In this document: positions 10,781-21,563 of the stretch, piece by piece
How positions within the stretch are numbered: position 1 is the first letter of the stretch
Layout: each line of letters opens with the position of its first letter
Source of the DNA: Barthelona sp. PCE
Taxonomy: Eukaryota
Assembly (NCBI GenBank): GCA_040285745.1
Contig: JAUFOR010000003.1
Span: 558,001-622,000 of the forward strand
DNA: 64,000 nucleotides
Direction of reading: 5' to 3'
Notes under the pieces: generated by a model
The model's input: the letters and a program-made list of their open reading frames with translations, nothing else
Databases searched by the model: none
Told to the model about the DNA's origin: nothing
Position numbers and translations under genes: made by a program

Positions 10781-10988
10781 AAGAATGCCCACAAATAATG
10801 AAGGAGGATATAGAGCTGAATGTTCTTTCTTGAGAGAAACCTTGCAATTTCTTCATTTTCTGTGCATACAGTGGGATGAAAGAATTTACGCGAGGTAAAA
10901 AAGACCAAAGCATTATGTTTATTCAAGAGCAATGAGGCTCAAACTGTTTTAACATTTTAACTCTTTTTTGCAGTTTTAACATGGTTGA

Positions 10989-13607
10989 ATGCATGTAGAA
11001 TCACAGGAAAGTAACGTTTATGATAGACAAAACGGTCCAATTGATGGATTTATAGAAGAGTCATCTTCCAATGCTGGTCAAAATAGGCGAAGACAGCTTT
11101 TGAAAGATATTCAGATCAATGCCACAACACTTGCATCAGAAAGCCAAGCTGAAGCACCAATTTTGAGTCGTGAACAATTTCGTTTTGTTATGGGTCGACT
11201 TGTTCATGTAATATTCAGTGGTATTAGGTTATACGAGCCCGAGGAATGCCTTGATTTTAGCCGTCTTACCCTCATTTTTAGCAGAATAGCTCTTGTTCTG
11301 TTACCAACATTTATTGCTGCATTTTGTACACTTCTATCCATAAATCCTTATGTATGCATTGGTATTATCTTTTTTATTATCCTTATTGCATTTGTTTTCA
11401 TTCAGAGACGTATAAAATTTAATGATTACAAAAAGTTTTGGTGTAGATTACAATCTCCTTTCATAACACACACATATTTGCTCTGTTTTGTGCACACTGT
11501 GCTAATATGTATAGAATTTTTTCTAATTTTAATTGTTGCATCAGAACACACAACATATTGTTTATTATTATCCCCGTTAATACATGGCTCTATAATCTTG
11601 GAGCCACCCGTTGAGATGAACGCATCTCCTAATGCACACTTTATTGATCAGTATTTGAGGTTCAGTTTTATGCTGAGTTTAAGTATTTTTCTCCAAAACC
11701 ATCGAGTGTATTTTATTATTGTATATGTGTTGTTGACACTTGGTTGTTTTGCCCCCTTAACAGAGATACCAAGGGGTATGATGCGAATGTTGAAGTTTGC
11801 ATTGGGGATGGGCGTAAACTCTCCCCCGAGTAGATATGGTTTCAAAATGATTGGTTTTTCAATTATTTGTTCAGTTGCATATGGAGGCAAATCTATGGAT
11901 TATATAGTGATTGCGTATATGGCACATTTCAACATCCATGCAATTTTCAAACATCCTCGGAGAAAATCAACGGTTTTGTTATTTCTTTTTTCCATTTCAT
12001 TGTTTACTCTTGCAAGGTTATCGACAGAAAGAATTCCAATTCAACCATCGCTGTATCTAATTCTCCCTTATTATTTATACTCATTCGTAAAAAGAGACCC
12101 TCACATATTTTTGTTTCAAAGTTTTGTAACTCCATTATTGGTGGTCATGTTTTTAGATTTAAGAATTCAAAATCATTTTCCAATATCAGCTATTACAGCA
12201 CTCAATTTATTGTTCGCTCATCCAACGGGTATCATTGGGGTTGTTGTTTTACGCTCATTTAATTTTGTTTATTCAAATAATTCTATGATAATTTTCTCTA
12301 TCTTAACATGGTATGTTACAATGAATATAATAGTGAGTTTGTTGGCCTGGGTAACAGTATTTAAAAACCATGGGAGAGGAAGAAAGGTAACTGTATGGAG
12401 TTTAATATTTTTCCCAGTTACGTTAATTTCAGTTGTTGTAAGTTCTGTATTATTGATTCCTTGTCATTTCCTTTTTGGTCTTCCAATACTACTCCCCGTT
12501 GCCCAGATACCACCCATATATTCATTTAAGACATTTGTTGTTAGTGAAACACCAGAAAAAAGTCCTGCCTATCGAAAATTATTTCAACAAATTCAGACTA
12601 TGTTTACTTCATGGTCTCTTTATAGTTTGGAGAACCATTTCTTGGCCGTGGTACCAGAAACAGGACACGTTATCCTGGGAGAGTGCCGTTTTAAAAATTT
12701 CAACAGTGAACAGATTGTATTACGTGGTTTAGAATTGCAGGACGTAACAAGTTGTCATGCAGTAGAAACCAGAGCTCTCTTTAATAAGATTAAAGAACGA
12801 AAAAAAGTTGGTCTTGTGCTCCAATATATTTGTTCCAAGTTTTTAGATATCGACGTATATCAGAATCAGGCATTGCCTACCTTAAAGAACGCAGATCCTT
12901 CACTGTTTTGGGGGTTGTTTATCAAATGTTTGTACTATCACGCCAACGCTGTTCACTATGATGATGATAAAGTAGCTTTTTCGGATCTTACGAATTTGCA
13001 AGTGGATGATTTTGATTTTATGTTTAAGAATGTCCGTGGTGAATGTATATCTGCGCTTTTGGATCGTCTGGGATGTATGAATGCTTTTGATTATTATGAT
13101 AACCTTTTTAGATTAGCTTCTTTTAATGATTGTGATGAAGATGAATTTACTGTACGTGAGAAACAGATAATCAGTAACGCAGCCAAGAGCAGCATCTTTC
13201 TCGCGTATATAGAGGTGCTTATGATGGGAAAACCAAGCGAATATGACAGTTATTCGTTTGTTGATTTTTTGGAGGGTTGTTTGTTTGATTGGAACATTTG
13301 TTTGAAGGGTGAAAAGAGCCCTACCAACTCTAAGAAGACGATTTTCTTTGATATTGGAGGCGATAAATGGTCTTCAGTTTCCATCACACCACAAACAGCA
13401 GAAGTATATATTGCGATCATTAATTCCAGTTTGGTGAGGTTTCATCATGCTGCTTTGCGTTTTGAGATGTGTTTTTGTGGAGTTAATGATGAGGAACGAT
13501 ATTCAATGCAAAGCAATGAGAGTTATTATCGAAACTTGATTATGTCAGCTGCACGTCAACCGTTTGGTTACCCCGTCACAGAAAATGTGGTTTCAAAGAC
13601 ATTTTAA
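10989..13607 (+). CDS. Pecanex-family membrane protein (PCNX4-like)
   Basis: Many TM segments; Pecanex_C motifs RGLELQDVTSCHAVE and NDEERYSMQSN..YYRNLIMSAARQPFGYP. Confidence 0.85.
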   Translation: MHVESQESNVYDRQNGPIDGFIEESSSNAGQNRRRQLLKDIQINATTLASESQAEAPILSREQFRFVMGRLVHVIFSGIRLYEPEECLDFSRLTLIFSRIALVLLPTFIAAFCTLLSINPYVCIGIIFFIILIAFVFIQRRIKFNDYKKFWCRLQSPFITHTYLLCFVHTVLICIEFFLILIVASEHTTYCLLLSPLIHGSIILEPPVEMNASPNAHFIDQYLRFSFMLSLSIFLQNHRVYFIIVYVLLTLGCFAPLTEIPRGMMRMLKFALGMGVNSPPSRYGFKMIGFSIICSVAYGGKSMDYIVIAYMAHFNIHAIFKHPRRKSTVLLFLFSISLFTLARLSTERIPIQPSLYLILPYYLYSFVKRDPHIFLFQSFVTPLLVVMFLDLRIQNHFPISAITALNLLFAHPTGIIGVVVLRSFNFVYSNNSMIIFSILTWYVTMNIIVSLLAWVTVFKNHGRGRKVTVWSLIFFPVTLISVVVSSVLLIPCHFLFGLPILLPVAQIPPIYSFKTFVVSETPEKSPAYRKLFQQIQTMFTSWSLYSLENHFLAVVPETGHVILGECRFKNFNSEQIVLRGLELQDVTSCHAVETRALFNKIKERKKVGLVLQYICSKFLDIDVYQNQALPTLKNADPSLFWGLFIKCLYYHANAVHYDDDKVAFSDLTNLQVDDFDFMFKNVRGECISALLDRLGCMNAFDYYDNLFRLASFNDCDEDEFTVREKQIISNAAKSSIFLAYIEVLMMGKPSEYDSYSFVDFLEGCLFDWNICLKGEKSPTNSKKTIFFDIGGDKWSSVSITPQTAEVYIAIINSSLVRFHHAALRFEMCFCGVNDEERYSMQSNESYYRNLIMSAARQPFGYPVTENVVSKTF

Positions 13608-13684
13608 ACTGAATAAAGTATTGAGGAATTTCGCAGGCGTTTTAGTTTTTTGTACCTTTACCTTTTAGTATGACTTAATCAAGC

Positions 13685-16519
13685 ATGTCATACAGGGATC
13701 ATCTAGACGAGGAGACACGCAAACTGCTCGAAGAGCTGGATGCAGGGAGTTCTATTACAAAGCCGTCCGTTGTTGGTTTTGAGGACTATAAATCATTTGA
13801 TTCGTTGAATACGCCAAGTGACAGCAGCGACGATGATATCGATGGGCTTTTAAATAATTATCTTTCTGTTTCTAATAATCAATTGTCAACATATGTTGAT
13901 GATTTCGACGATTTGGTTACCATAAACGTGGGAATAGAGGCCCCAGCCTCTGGGAAGGAGCGCGAACTTGATTTTGACCTTGATGAAGTAGATTTAGGCT
14001 TTGAGGTTGAAGTTTCAGATGTTTCAGATCGAGAGCTCCTTGGTTCTGTCGTGCTTGAGGATGTGAGCCCCGTGGCAAAACCTCTAACATCTCTGATTGG
14101 CATAATCGACGAGTTTGATCATAGTGATATTTTGACAATGCCTTCTGTGGAAGTTACATCAACTGATCTAATTGAAAAGAAGCTTTCCGAGATCACCCAC
14201 ACACTTGTACCACTATCTGTTGAACCTGATGTACTTGATGTATCTGATGTAGCCTCGGAACAAGAGTCTGAATCAGAAGTTTTGGTTAATAACGAAGAAG
14301 ATCATATCATCAAAGAAAAAAAGCCGCAAATGACTGACATTTTTGCAGCAGCACTCAAGGAGAACGAAGTCGTGAATGCTAGATTGCGTGAAGAAGAGGC
14401 TTTGAAAAAGAAGGCAGATGACCATGCTCGTCACCAACAGGAGATAAAGAAGCGTGAACGAGAACAAAAAATAGCTGCGTTGCAAGAAAAGCAAGAGAGA
14501 ATGAATCGTGTAAGGATGGCCAAGCAGCAAGCTGAGGCAAAGGCTAAAAAAGCCTTGGAAGAGCGTGAGCGAACGCAGCAACGATTATCTCGCCCGTTCA
14601 CAAGCAAACCTTTTCCAGTTGATGTCAAGAAGATGAGTTCCCTTGTTTATTGTCCTCTTTTTACAAAATCATCGCAGAAACCGTCACAAACGGTTGTTCC
14701 TGCCCGGCAAACAACGCAAGAGGTTACGATATCAGTAGCTTCTGACTTTTTGGGTTTGAATGCCAAATTAGTAACTTCGCTCACACTGCATTGCGATGTT
14801 CCAAGGCAATCATCGTTCATGGCACGCTTTGAGAGACTTACAGAGCTCATTATTGATGGTGTTTCCATTGTTGAGGTGGAATCTATGCTGAAAGAGTCAA
14901 GTTTCTCTCTTCAGTCCTTGTCAGTTAAGAATGCAAGCCTCGTATCATTTGATGGTATAGCAACGCTGAAGTGTATGCAAAAACTAAACGCAGTTACGTT
15001 GGAAGACGTGAAGCAGGTACGATTGGGAACGTTGATGGATCTACCGTTGTCTTCTCTCACATTTATTAGAGCAGACGCTCCATACTTCGAACAAAATGGG
15101 AGAATAGCACAGCAGCTTACGCATATCAAGTGCGTGGAGTGTGAATTACCAGTGATAGAGGTGAAACCTCATGCAATGTTGCGTTCATTTACTGTGGAAC
15201 GATGTGCGGCACGGCGTATTTCGTTCAACACTGGATCATTGAGCGAGTTACAAATGCTAAACGTCAGCGATAATCCTCTTCCAATTGAGTGTCTTTTCGA
15301 CATGTGTCGTGCACTTGGACCGTTCTCTTTGCGTCAATTGTCGGTTGAGGGAATATCTGGAACGAACCAAACGGTTAAAGAAGTACTATGTGGATATTTC
15401 TCACAATTGACACACTTAAACAACCGTGTTGTCTCTGTGGATAACAATATAGCTGTTATTCGTGCCCGAACAAGCGTTTTGAACTACAACAAGTTGAAAA
15501 GAGCAGAAGAAATCAATTTCTCAAGAGTCAGGTGTATAGATTTTGTTCACAATGCAGGTGCGTTTTTCATTCGTTTTGCTGAGGATCAGGTGCAAAAGAG
15601 AGCACGAAAGGCTGCACTTGAAAGAGTAATTGAGTATTGTAAGCTGTATCAAAGCGCTGTTGCCACAAAAGTCCTCAGCCAGTTTGTTGAGAATATATGG
15701 TTGCCAAGCTATAGAGGGCACCGTAACTGGGCTGCCACAACAATCCAACGAGTTTTCCGTGGCTATGTCATCCGGAAACGGTATGGAAAAACGGCATCAG
15801 ATGATCTAGATCTAGATCTAGATCTAGATTTGGATTTTGATTTTGATATTGATGCAGTTACCGAGAACAAAACGTTTGATTTAGACGACTTTGATCTGCC
15901 AGAGTTGCCAAAGGTGAGGAGCATACCGGTTTTTTCGGAGATTTCATTTGAAGCACCAGTTACACCAAGTACTCATCGTTCATCTGTTGATGAGGAGAAT
16001 CTGCGGTCGATTGAGAACGATATAATAGCCAGGATCAGACCTGTACTGCCCAATGCACCGTCGTATGACGACCTGGAATCGATTGCTTCCCTAAGTAGCC
16101 ATCAAAGTGCAATGACGGACGAGATACCGCAGGTTCGAATCTCCAACCGTAAAGAAGAAGTTAATCCTTACGTAAGTGAGGCTCTAACAGCAGCAGCTAA
16201 GGATTGGCAATTCGATGATGATCCTGAAGTTATGCGGGCATACTACCAGCGAAATAGACGATACAAAAAGTTTACAAATAAGGACAAGAAGAACCGTGCC
16301 ATGCGTGATCCTGTTAAGCGGTTCACTGTACTACAAAAGAAGTTGTTGAAACAAAATAGACCAGTAGCTGAACTTTCTCATCTTAATTCGAGCGTTTTTG
16401 ATGTAGAATCATCGCCGAATTCATCAAATTTGAATAATTCTGATCATCCAACAAGGAACTTGGTTACAAAGCGAAAAAAGCAAATGAATATGAACGTTAC
16501 TTCGATTCAGTGGGATTAA
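13685..16519 (+). CDS. LRR and IQ-motif protein (LRRIQ1-like)
   Basis: Acidic N-terminus, coiled coil, LRR-like repeats (LQMLNVSDNPL), IQ motif AATTIQRVFRGYVIRK, C-terminal DWQF...DPVKRF block. Confidence 0.7.
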   Translation: MSYRDHLDEETRKLLEELDAGSSITKPSVVGFEDYKSFDSLNTPSDSSDDDIDGLLNNYLSVSNNQLSTYVDDFDDLVTINVGIEAPASGKERELDFDLDEVDLGFEVEVSDVSDRELLGSVVLEDVSPVAKPLTSLIGIIDEFDHSDILTMPSVEVTSTDLIEKKLSEITHTLVPLSVEPDVLDVSDVASEQESESEVLVNNEEDHIIKEKKPQMTDIFAAALKENEVVNARLREEEALKKKADDHARHQQEIKKREREQKIAALQEKQERMNRVRMAKQQAEAKAKKALEERERTQQRLSRPFTSKPFPVDVKKMSSLVYCPLFTKSSQKPSQTVVPARQTTQEVTISVASDFLGLNAKLVTSLTLHCDVPRQSSFMARFERLTELIIDGVSIVEVESMLKESSFSLQSLSVKNASLVSFDGIATLKCMQKLNAVTLEDVKQVRLGTLMDLPLSSLTFIRADAPYFEQNGRIAQQLTHIKCVECELPVIEVKPHAMLRSFTVERCAARRISFNTGSLSELQMLNVSDNPLPIECLFDMCRALGPFSLRQLSVEGISGTNQTVKEVLCGYFSQLTHLNNRVVSVDNNIAVIRARTSVLNYNKLKRAEEINFSRVRCIDFVHNAGAFFIRFAEDQVQKRARKAALERVIEYCKLYQSAVATKVLSQFVENIWLPSYRGHRNWAATTIQRVFRGYVIRKRYGKTASDDLDLDLDLDLDFDFDIDAVTENKTFDLDDFDLPELPKVRSIPVFSEISFEAPVTPSTHRSSVDEENLRSIENDIIARIRPVLPNAPSYDDLESIASLSSHQSAMTDEIPQVRISNRKEEVNPYVSEALTAAAKDWQFDDDPEVMRAYYQRNRRYKKFTNKDKKNRAMRDPVKRFTVLQKKLLKQNRPVAELSHLNSSVFDVESSPNSSNLNNSDHPTRNLVTKRKKQMNMNVTSIQWD
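15803..15829. repeat. (GATCTA)4 coding microsatellite, self-complementary, encodes DLDLDLDLD
   Basis: gatctagatctagatctagatctagat read directly. Confidence 0.9.
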
Positions 16520-16718
16520 ACTTGTAAAGTATTGACAATAACGTTGCTGTCTGAAGGAGTTCACCTGATTCAATGCAATTTTGTTGATTTTTTAATTTTA
16601 TGGCTTGATATTTTTGTAAAGTGCGTATTGGATCAGCTGACAGTGGTTAAGTCTTCATTTATTAACAAGAATTTGAGATTAGCAGCGTTGCGTTTTTTTT
16701 TCCTTTTCATTCAACAAA

Positions 16719-17330
16719 ATGTCAGAAAACACACTAGAAACGGCCCCAGTGGCCGAGGGCAAAGACGAGATCCTGGACGATAGCAATTTTGAGATTAACG
16801 ATCTTAATGTCGACGATATCATTAATGAGATAGAGAAGGACGATCTACTGAGCTCCTTACAGTCGGATATCACAGAAATTGAGAAGAAACAGGTGTCAAT
16901 TTCAGAACAAACAGACAAACTCAAAAAAATTGTCAAAGCATCAAGCTATGTGCCATTGGCCGAACGTGAAGCTGCCGACGCTCGCTCAGTGTTTCTGAAG
17001 AGTGTGCCAGTTGCTGCAGCAGAGCTAGATGTAATGGATTTGTTAACAACATGTGGACCAGTTCGTAGAGTAAGCATTAAGCGTCAGAAAAACCCTCGCA
17101 TCCCAGTCACCACATGCTACGCTGAGTTTGAGAGCGTTGACGCTGTTGAAAAGGCATTGCAGCTCATCAATCCAACTATTCTTAATCAACTGATTGAGAT
17201 TCACAGAAAACGCACCAATATTCCTTCATTCCATCAAGCTCGTGGTTCCTCGTCACCGTGGCGTGGTCGTGGAAGGCGTGGAAGGCGTGGAAGAGGTCGT
17301 TCTAGACCTCATCATCAACCAGGTTGGTAG
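16719..17330 (+). CDS. PABPN1: Nuclear poly(A)-binding protein PABPN1/Pab2
   Basis: Acidic coiled N-terminus, EAADARSVF...CGPVRRVSI...YAEF RRM, KRTNIPS, RG-rich tail. Confidence 0.88.
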   Translation: MSENTLETAPVAEGKDEILDDSNFEINDLNVDDIINEIEKDDLLSSLQSDITEIEKKQVSISEQTDKLKKIVKASSYVPLAEREAADARSVFLKSVPVAAAELDVMDLLTTCGPVRRVSIKRQKNPRIPVTTCYAEFESVDAVEKALQLINPTILNQLIEIHRKRTNIPSFHQARGSSSPWRGRGRRGRRGRGRSRPHHQPGW

Positions 17331-17519
17331 TATCAATAAAATGTAGTATTTTTACAAATTGCAAAGGAAAATGTATTATTTTTGTGACTAATTCGAGCGT
17401 CTGTGCTGAATGTGAAAATTCTTTTGCAGTTCTATGACAAAGTCAGACGAAGGAAATATAACCTGCCCAAAATAATGCTAAAAAATGAATTTGAAAAATT
17501 TACTAAACTAGAATACAAT

Positions 17520-17783
17520 CTACAACTTTGAGTGAGCGTTCTCATCGAATTCGTAGTTACCTTGAAGGTCTCTGAAGACGACACAAGCGTGTCTCTCCTC
17601 AGCACCGTTGATTTCAAGAACTAAAGTGAAGCTCATGTTTCTACCGGCAACAACCTGAGTCTGGAAGCCTTCAACAGCCTTCAATTGAAGGGGAACCATG
17701 GTATTAACCTTTAAGTTGATTCTTTCAACAGCAAGATCGACTGCAACCTGATCAACGTCTGAGCTAGAGTAACCACCAACCAT
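17520..17783 (-). CDS. Cystatin (cysteine protease inhibitor), no signal peptide
   Basis: 87 aa, N-terminal MVGG and QVVAG motif. Confidence 0.85.
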   Translation of the reverse strand: MVGGYSSSDVDQVAVDLAVERINLKVNTMVPLQLKAVEGFQTQVVAGRNMSFTLVLEINGAEERHACVVFRDLQGNYEFDENAHSKL

Positions 17784-18212
17784 TATATGTATTGTTATAA
17801 AGTTAAAAGTAAAAAGAGGAATGAAATCCAAATGCAAGTCAAGAAGTGTGCAACATACTTGCTCTTGGTAACAAAGGGAACAAACTGTTAATTTATACCT
17901 TCTCAACGTTCAAAATAGAAATTATCCATGTATATAACGAGAACTTTTTTCTTACAATTCTTTCACATTTTTAAGCTTTGTAAAAGCACATAAGAGAATT
18001 AATACGGTAGAAAGAGGGAATTAGTGCACCTTAATCCTCAAAAAACTTGGTACATGTAAAAATTCTCTATGACATTAGAAGTTCTTATATGGAATATTCT
18101 GATCAAATATCTGGACTAAATCAGCTTTTATGCGTTCAATCATGTTTTTATATCGGTTTGAAGTTACTTGGTTTGTTTAAACGTTTTTCTTCCATTTCTT
18201 ATCTTTTGGTCT

Positions 18213-18977
18213 ATGTTACCATCAGACATTTACACAAATCAGTTTCTGAGTTCACCTCGGTTATCTCATTCTCCTAAAGCAACTATGCGTAGAAAAAAGT
18301 ACTCTACAGCTTCAAAGTATTCTTCAACAAGCTATATGAGCTCTCCTAGGCTGTCAGAATCGCACAGAGAACCGCATAGCACCAAACGATATTTTGCTTT
18401 GGAAAAAGATGATGTACATATGCATGAAACAAGGAAAGCACGCTCCACAACCTCGTTTGACAGTCCCAGAATATCTCAACAGACACCTAATAAGCGAAAG
18501 AAGCGCCCAAAGACGACAGCAATCAGTGGAGAACGCCTTATTGAGAAATATTCCAGATCTCCAGGACCGGCTTATAACTTAAGCAGTTCACAGTCATACA
18601 AGAGCGCTAATAAGCATGTGGCATCTCCTTTCATGCCCAAAACCCCTAGATTCAAGTCGTATGAGACAGATTCACCAGGTGTAGGAGCTTATGACCTGAA
18701 GGGGAAGAGCAAGAAGAAGTTGGGATATACATTTGGTTTGAAGCACGCAGAGATAAAGGACACCTCTAAGCATGCTCCGGGTGTAGGTTCATATGATATT
18801 GACAAGTCGGCCAAGAAGAAGATTGTTTGTAATTTCGGAAGAACCAAGCGTTTTAGAATGCCAAAGAGCTACGGACCCGGCCCTCAAGCGTATCAAAGTC
18901 CCCGCATCAACAGCCCTAGTGCGGTGACGTTGGGTACAGCACCACGTAACACGCATGAATGGTTATTCCGTGATTAG
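18213..18977 (+). CDS. SHIPPO-repeat (ODF3-like) axonemal protein
   Basis: Repeats SPGPAY, SPGVGAY, APGVGSY, GPGPQAY in a basic protein. Confidence 0.8.
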   Translation: MLPSDIYTNQFLSSPRLSHSPKATMRRKKYSTASKYSSTSYMSSPRLSESHREPHSTKRYFALEKDDVHMHETRKARSTTSFDSPRISQQTPNKRKKRPKTTAISGERLIEKYSRSPGPAYNLSSSQSYKSANKHVASPFMPKTPRFKSYETDSPGVGAYDLKGKSKKKLGYTFGLKHAEIKDTSKHAPGVGSYDIDKSAKKKIVCNFGRTKRFRMPKSYGPGPQAYQSPRINSPSAVTLGTAPRNTHEWLFRD

Positions 18978-19042
18978 CTTTTTGAAAAGTGAGTTTTTAA
19001 ATACTAGTTCTATTTTACATGATATGGTATGTTAAGAAAGTG

Positions 19043-19597
19043 CTATGTCGAGTGAAGCACCTTTCTAAGATTGTCAACCGATAACTTTGTTTGTAAATTT
19101 CTAAATTTGTTATCTTCAATTATTGAGTTTAACCGTCGTTGATTCTTAACTATTTCTTTGTTTAGAATGCGAATTCCACGCTCTTCAGCTCGTATATATA
19201 CATTACACTCTGTTAATTCACTCTTAACCTTGTTCAACTCTTGAAGCTCAGCTGTGTCTGAATGCTTAGAAGCTTTCCGTCTTCTTTTCCTTAACTTACC
19301 ATCGTCCCGCTTATATATGGCGGCCTTGTTGGCCAAATCAAATGCTCTGTGATCAATTTCGCGAGAAAGATTCTGTGTGACAAGGTCTATATGATTTATG
19401 GCCCCGCGCAGTGTCTCAATCTCTTGGGTGAACGTCTCATGCTCTGAATGAGCCTTATTCGTTAATCTTTCAAGCTTCTGCAAGCTTGCCAAATTCTCTT
19501 CTATGTCGAAATGATAATTCTTACACTTATGGTTCAGTTTCGTGAGCATACTACGTGCAGAGGCCAACATAGTTATCTGTTCCGGCGTCAAATTCAT
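19043..19597 (-). CDS. Coiled-coil protein, unknown function
   Basis: 184-aa ATG ORF with heptad pattern. Confidence 0.65.
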   Translation of the reverse strand: MNLTPEQITMLASARSMLTKLNHKCKNYHFDIEENLASLQKLERLTNKAHSEHETFTQEIETLRGAINHIDLVTQNLSREIDHRAFDLANKAAIYKRDDGKLRKRRRKASKHSDTAELQELNKVKSELTECNVYIRAEERGIRILNKEIVKNQRRLNSIIEDNKFRNLQTKLSVDNLRKVLHST

Positions 19598-19825
19598 TAT
19601 TCAAATGTGCCCATTGTGAGAAACTGGAAATTTAGTTTACCAAGTGCTTCATATGCTAGAGTCTGTGTGTGTGGCAAAATTCTGGTACAGAGCATTTGTT
19701 AACGTTTATAATCGTATTTCACTGTTAGACCAACATAACTTTCGAATTCAACTCATAGATTCGTGTTTACAATTTTTAATTCCTTTTTATTATTTTTTTT
19801 GGGCAGATTTACTTATTCAGGCCAA

Positions 19826-20911
19826 ATGTTTCAGTCAGCTGGGGCTTTGCAGCGAACAGGGAGATTAAAAAAGCAAAGGAGGAGCATTTCTATGCTTGTT
19901 AACTCGCTACACACATACTACTTGAAAATTCACGGTGACAGGGAAGAAAAATGCTACGATATTGACGAGGGCACGTTTTTAAAGCTTTGTACGGATGTTA
20001 ACACATGCAAAGAACTGTTTGCTTCATGTGCACCCAATATACTTGCGCATATTTGTATTTACACCTCCGGCACATCGTATCTGCTACTTTTTATAGTTTT
20101 AGCATACATTCCGAAACGTATATTCGAAGATAATCCTTCATTGAGTAAGTATTTGAGAATACAAGATGCAACGCTCGCCCGTAACATCAGCAGTCTTGAA
20201 CAGGAACATTATACGGCCTTCAATATGCCCTTTCTCTCCGGAACTGAGTTAACAATTCTTGTTTTATCACAATTATCAGAAATCGATGCAACCAGGTTTA
20301 TTTTTCCAAAAGATGATTTCCTTGAGTTAGAGATAGTCTCAACAGAGAGCTTCCTGTACGTGCTGCTACATGTCATGCGGATGCGGTCTAATCAAGTTGA
20401 TATATCAGGTTTGAGAAACGTTTCTGTACATCAGATCTTTAGTTTGCTTGTAACAAACCCTGCTCATCTATTCATCCTCACGGATTATATCGTGGCATTG
20501 CATTCCTCACTGTTTGATAGTTATGTTCCGCAAATTGTTACTTTATTGCTCAAATTGAAAGAAAGTAACTCCTTTTACAAACTACCTGTTTTTTTGCTTT
20601 TTTTACTTCAGTCAGAGTCAGAGCTAACTGAATATATCGTAAGCTTGAAGCCATCGTTTGAAGAATTGTTTTTTAGCAAGGAAGAGTGTTCAAATCCCAC
20701 GTCACATGGTTTTTTAGCACTTCTTCTTTTTGAAATATGGAAACAACACAAGGAATATGATGCGCCCACACGTAAGGAGATTGTTAACGGGCTTTTGATT
20801 CTTAATGGGCTTTCTTTAGAGGGCGTTGATGTTAGTGGAGCAATAAGCACTCTGTTATCATTCAAAACTCCGCCGATGTCACCAGTAATATTATCAGTAA
20901 AGTCAAAATAA
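19826..20911 (+). CDS. Helical-repeat protein, possibly a divergent WAPL domain
   Basis: Leu-rich helical ORF. SAGALQRTG...ISMLVNSL and SHGFLALLL loosely resemble the first and last WAPL-domain blocks. Confidence 0.45.
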   Translation: MFQSAGALQRTGRLKKQRRSISMLVNSLHTYYLKIHGDREEKCYDIDEGTFLKLCTDVNTCKELFASCAPNILAHICIYTSGTSYLLLFIVLAYIPKRIFEDNPSLSKYLRIQDATLARNISSLEQEHYTAFNMPFLSGTELTILVLSQLSEIDATRFIFPKDDFLELEIVSTESFLYVLLHVMRMRSNQVDISGLRNVSVHQIFSLLVTNPAHLFILTDYIVALHSSLFDSYVPQIVTLLLKLKESNSFYKLPVFLLFLLQSESELTEYIVSLKPSFEELFFSKEECSNPTSHGFLALLLFEIWKQHKEYDAPTRKEIVNGLLILNGLSLEGVDVSGAISTLLSFKTPPMSPVILSVKSK

Positions 20912-21191
20912 AAAAAAATTTTATTCTATCTACATGTCTTACAACACTTATAACACCGTAGTTTTTACCGCATGTCAAGTGAATGATGTTGGTGTATCCA
21001 TTTAGATCAACAGAAAGTTCTGCATCAATGGAATGTCTAACTCTGACGGCTTCATTCATCATTTGAAGCTGCCATACACCAAGGTCATTCAACAGTTCGA
21101 ACTTAGATATTCCAAAACTACATTCTATTGGAATAGATGCGCAAACTGATACTGAACGGTGTTGTTCAACGAGTTCATACTGAGATGACAT
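20862..21191 (-). CDS. Small hypothetical protein with a C-terminal hydrophobic segment
   Basis: ATG 21191 ORF; its 3' end overlaps the convergent gene by 50 nt. Confidence 0.45.
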   Translation of the reverse strand: MSSQYELVEQHRSVSVCASIPIECSFGISKFELLNDLGVWQLQMMNEAVRVRHSIDAELSVDLNGYTNIIHLTCGKNYGVISVVRHVDRIKFFFILTLLIILLVTSAEF

Positions 21192-21563
21192 TGTACTGAG
21201 AAAAATACAGAATAAAAAACAATATTCAAGCAAAAAACAAAAAAGACGGTGTAAGGATAAAATTTTAAGATGTGTCGGATACGATCTTTAATTTACCACA
21301 CAAGCAGCCCTGTAAATATTAAAAAATAGAAAGAAAAAAAAAATTCTAACTAAGCCCTGCATTTTAAAATCCGCTTTTGGGAAATAAAACATCTCCACAG
21401 TCATATCTTCTTTGAAAAGCAATTTGTTCAATGCTGATAAGCAGAAGAAATCAGTATGCAAAGAATTTTGGAGATTTGCTTGTTTGATCTATCTTTGATT
21501 AAGTAGAGTGCTTGTTTTATCACAGATAGATATGGGTATCATTGTTAAACTACATGTTTATTC

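Noticed and set aside
15803-15853. Palindromic (GATCTA)n array as a possible regulatory or CRISPR-like repeat
   Set aside because: No spacers; in frame and decays into a D-hydrophobic dipeptide repeat, so it is a coding microsatellite.
16125-16150. GGTTCGAATC T-loop-like motif
   Set aside because: Inside a CDS with no cloverleaf; no tRNA supported.
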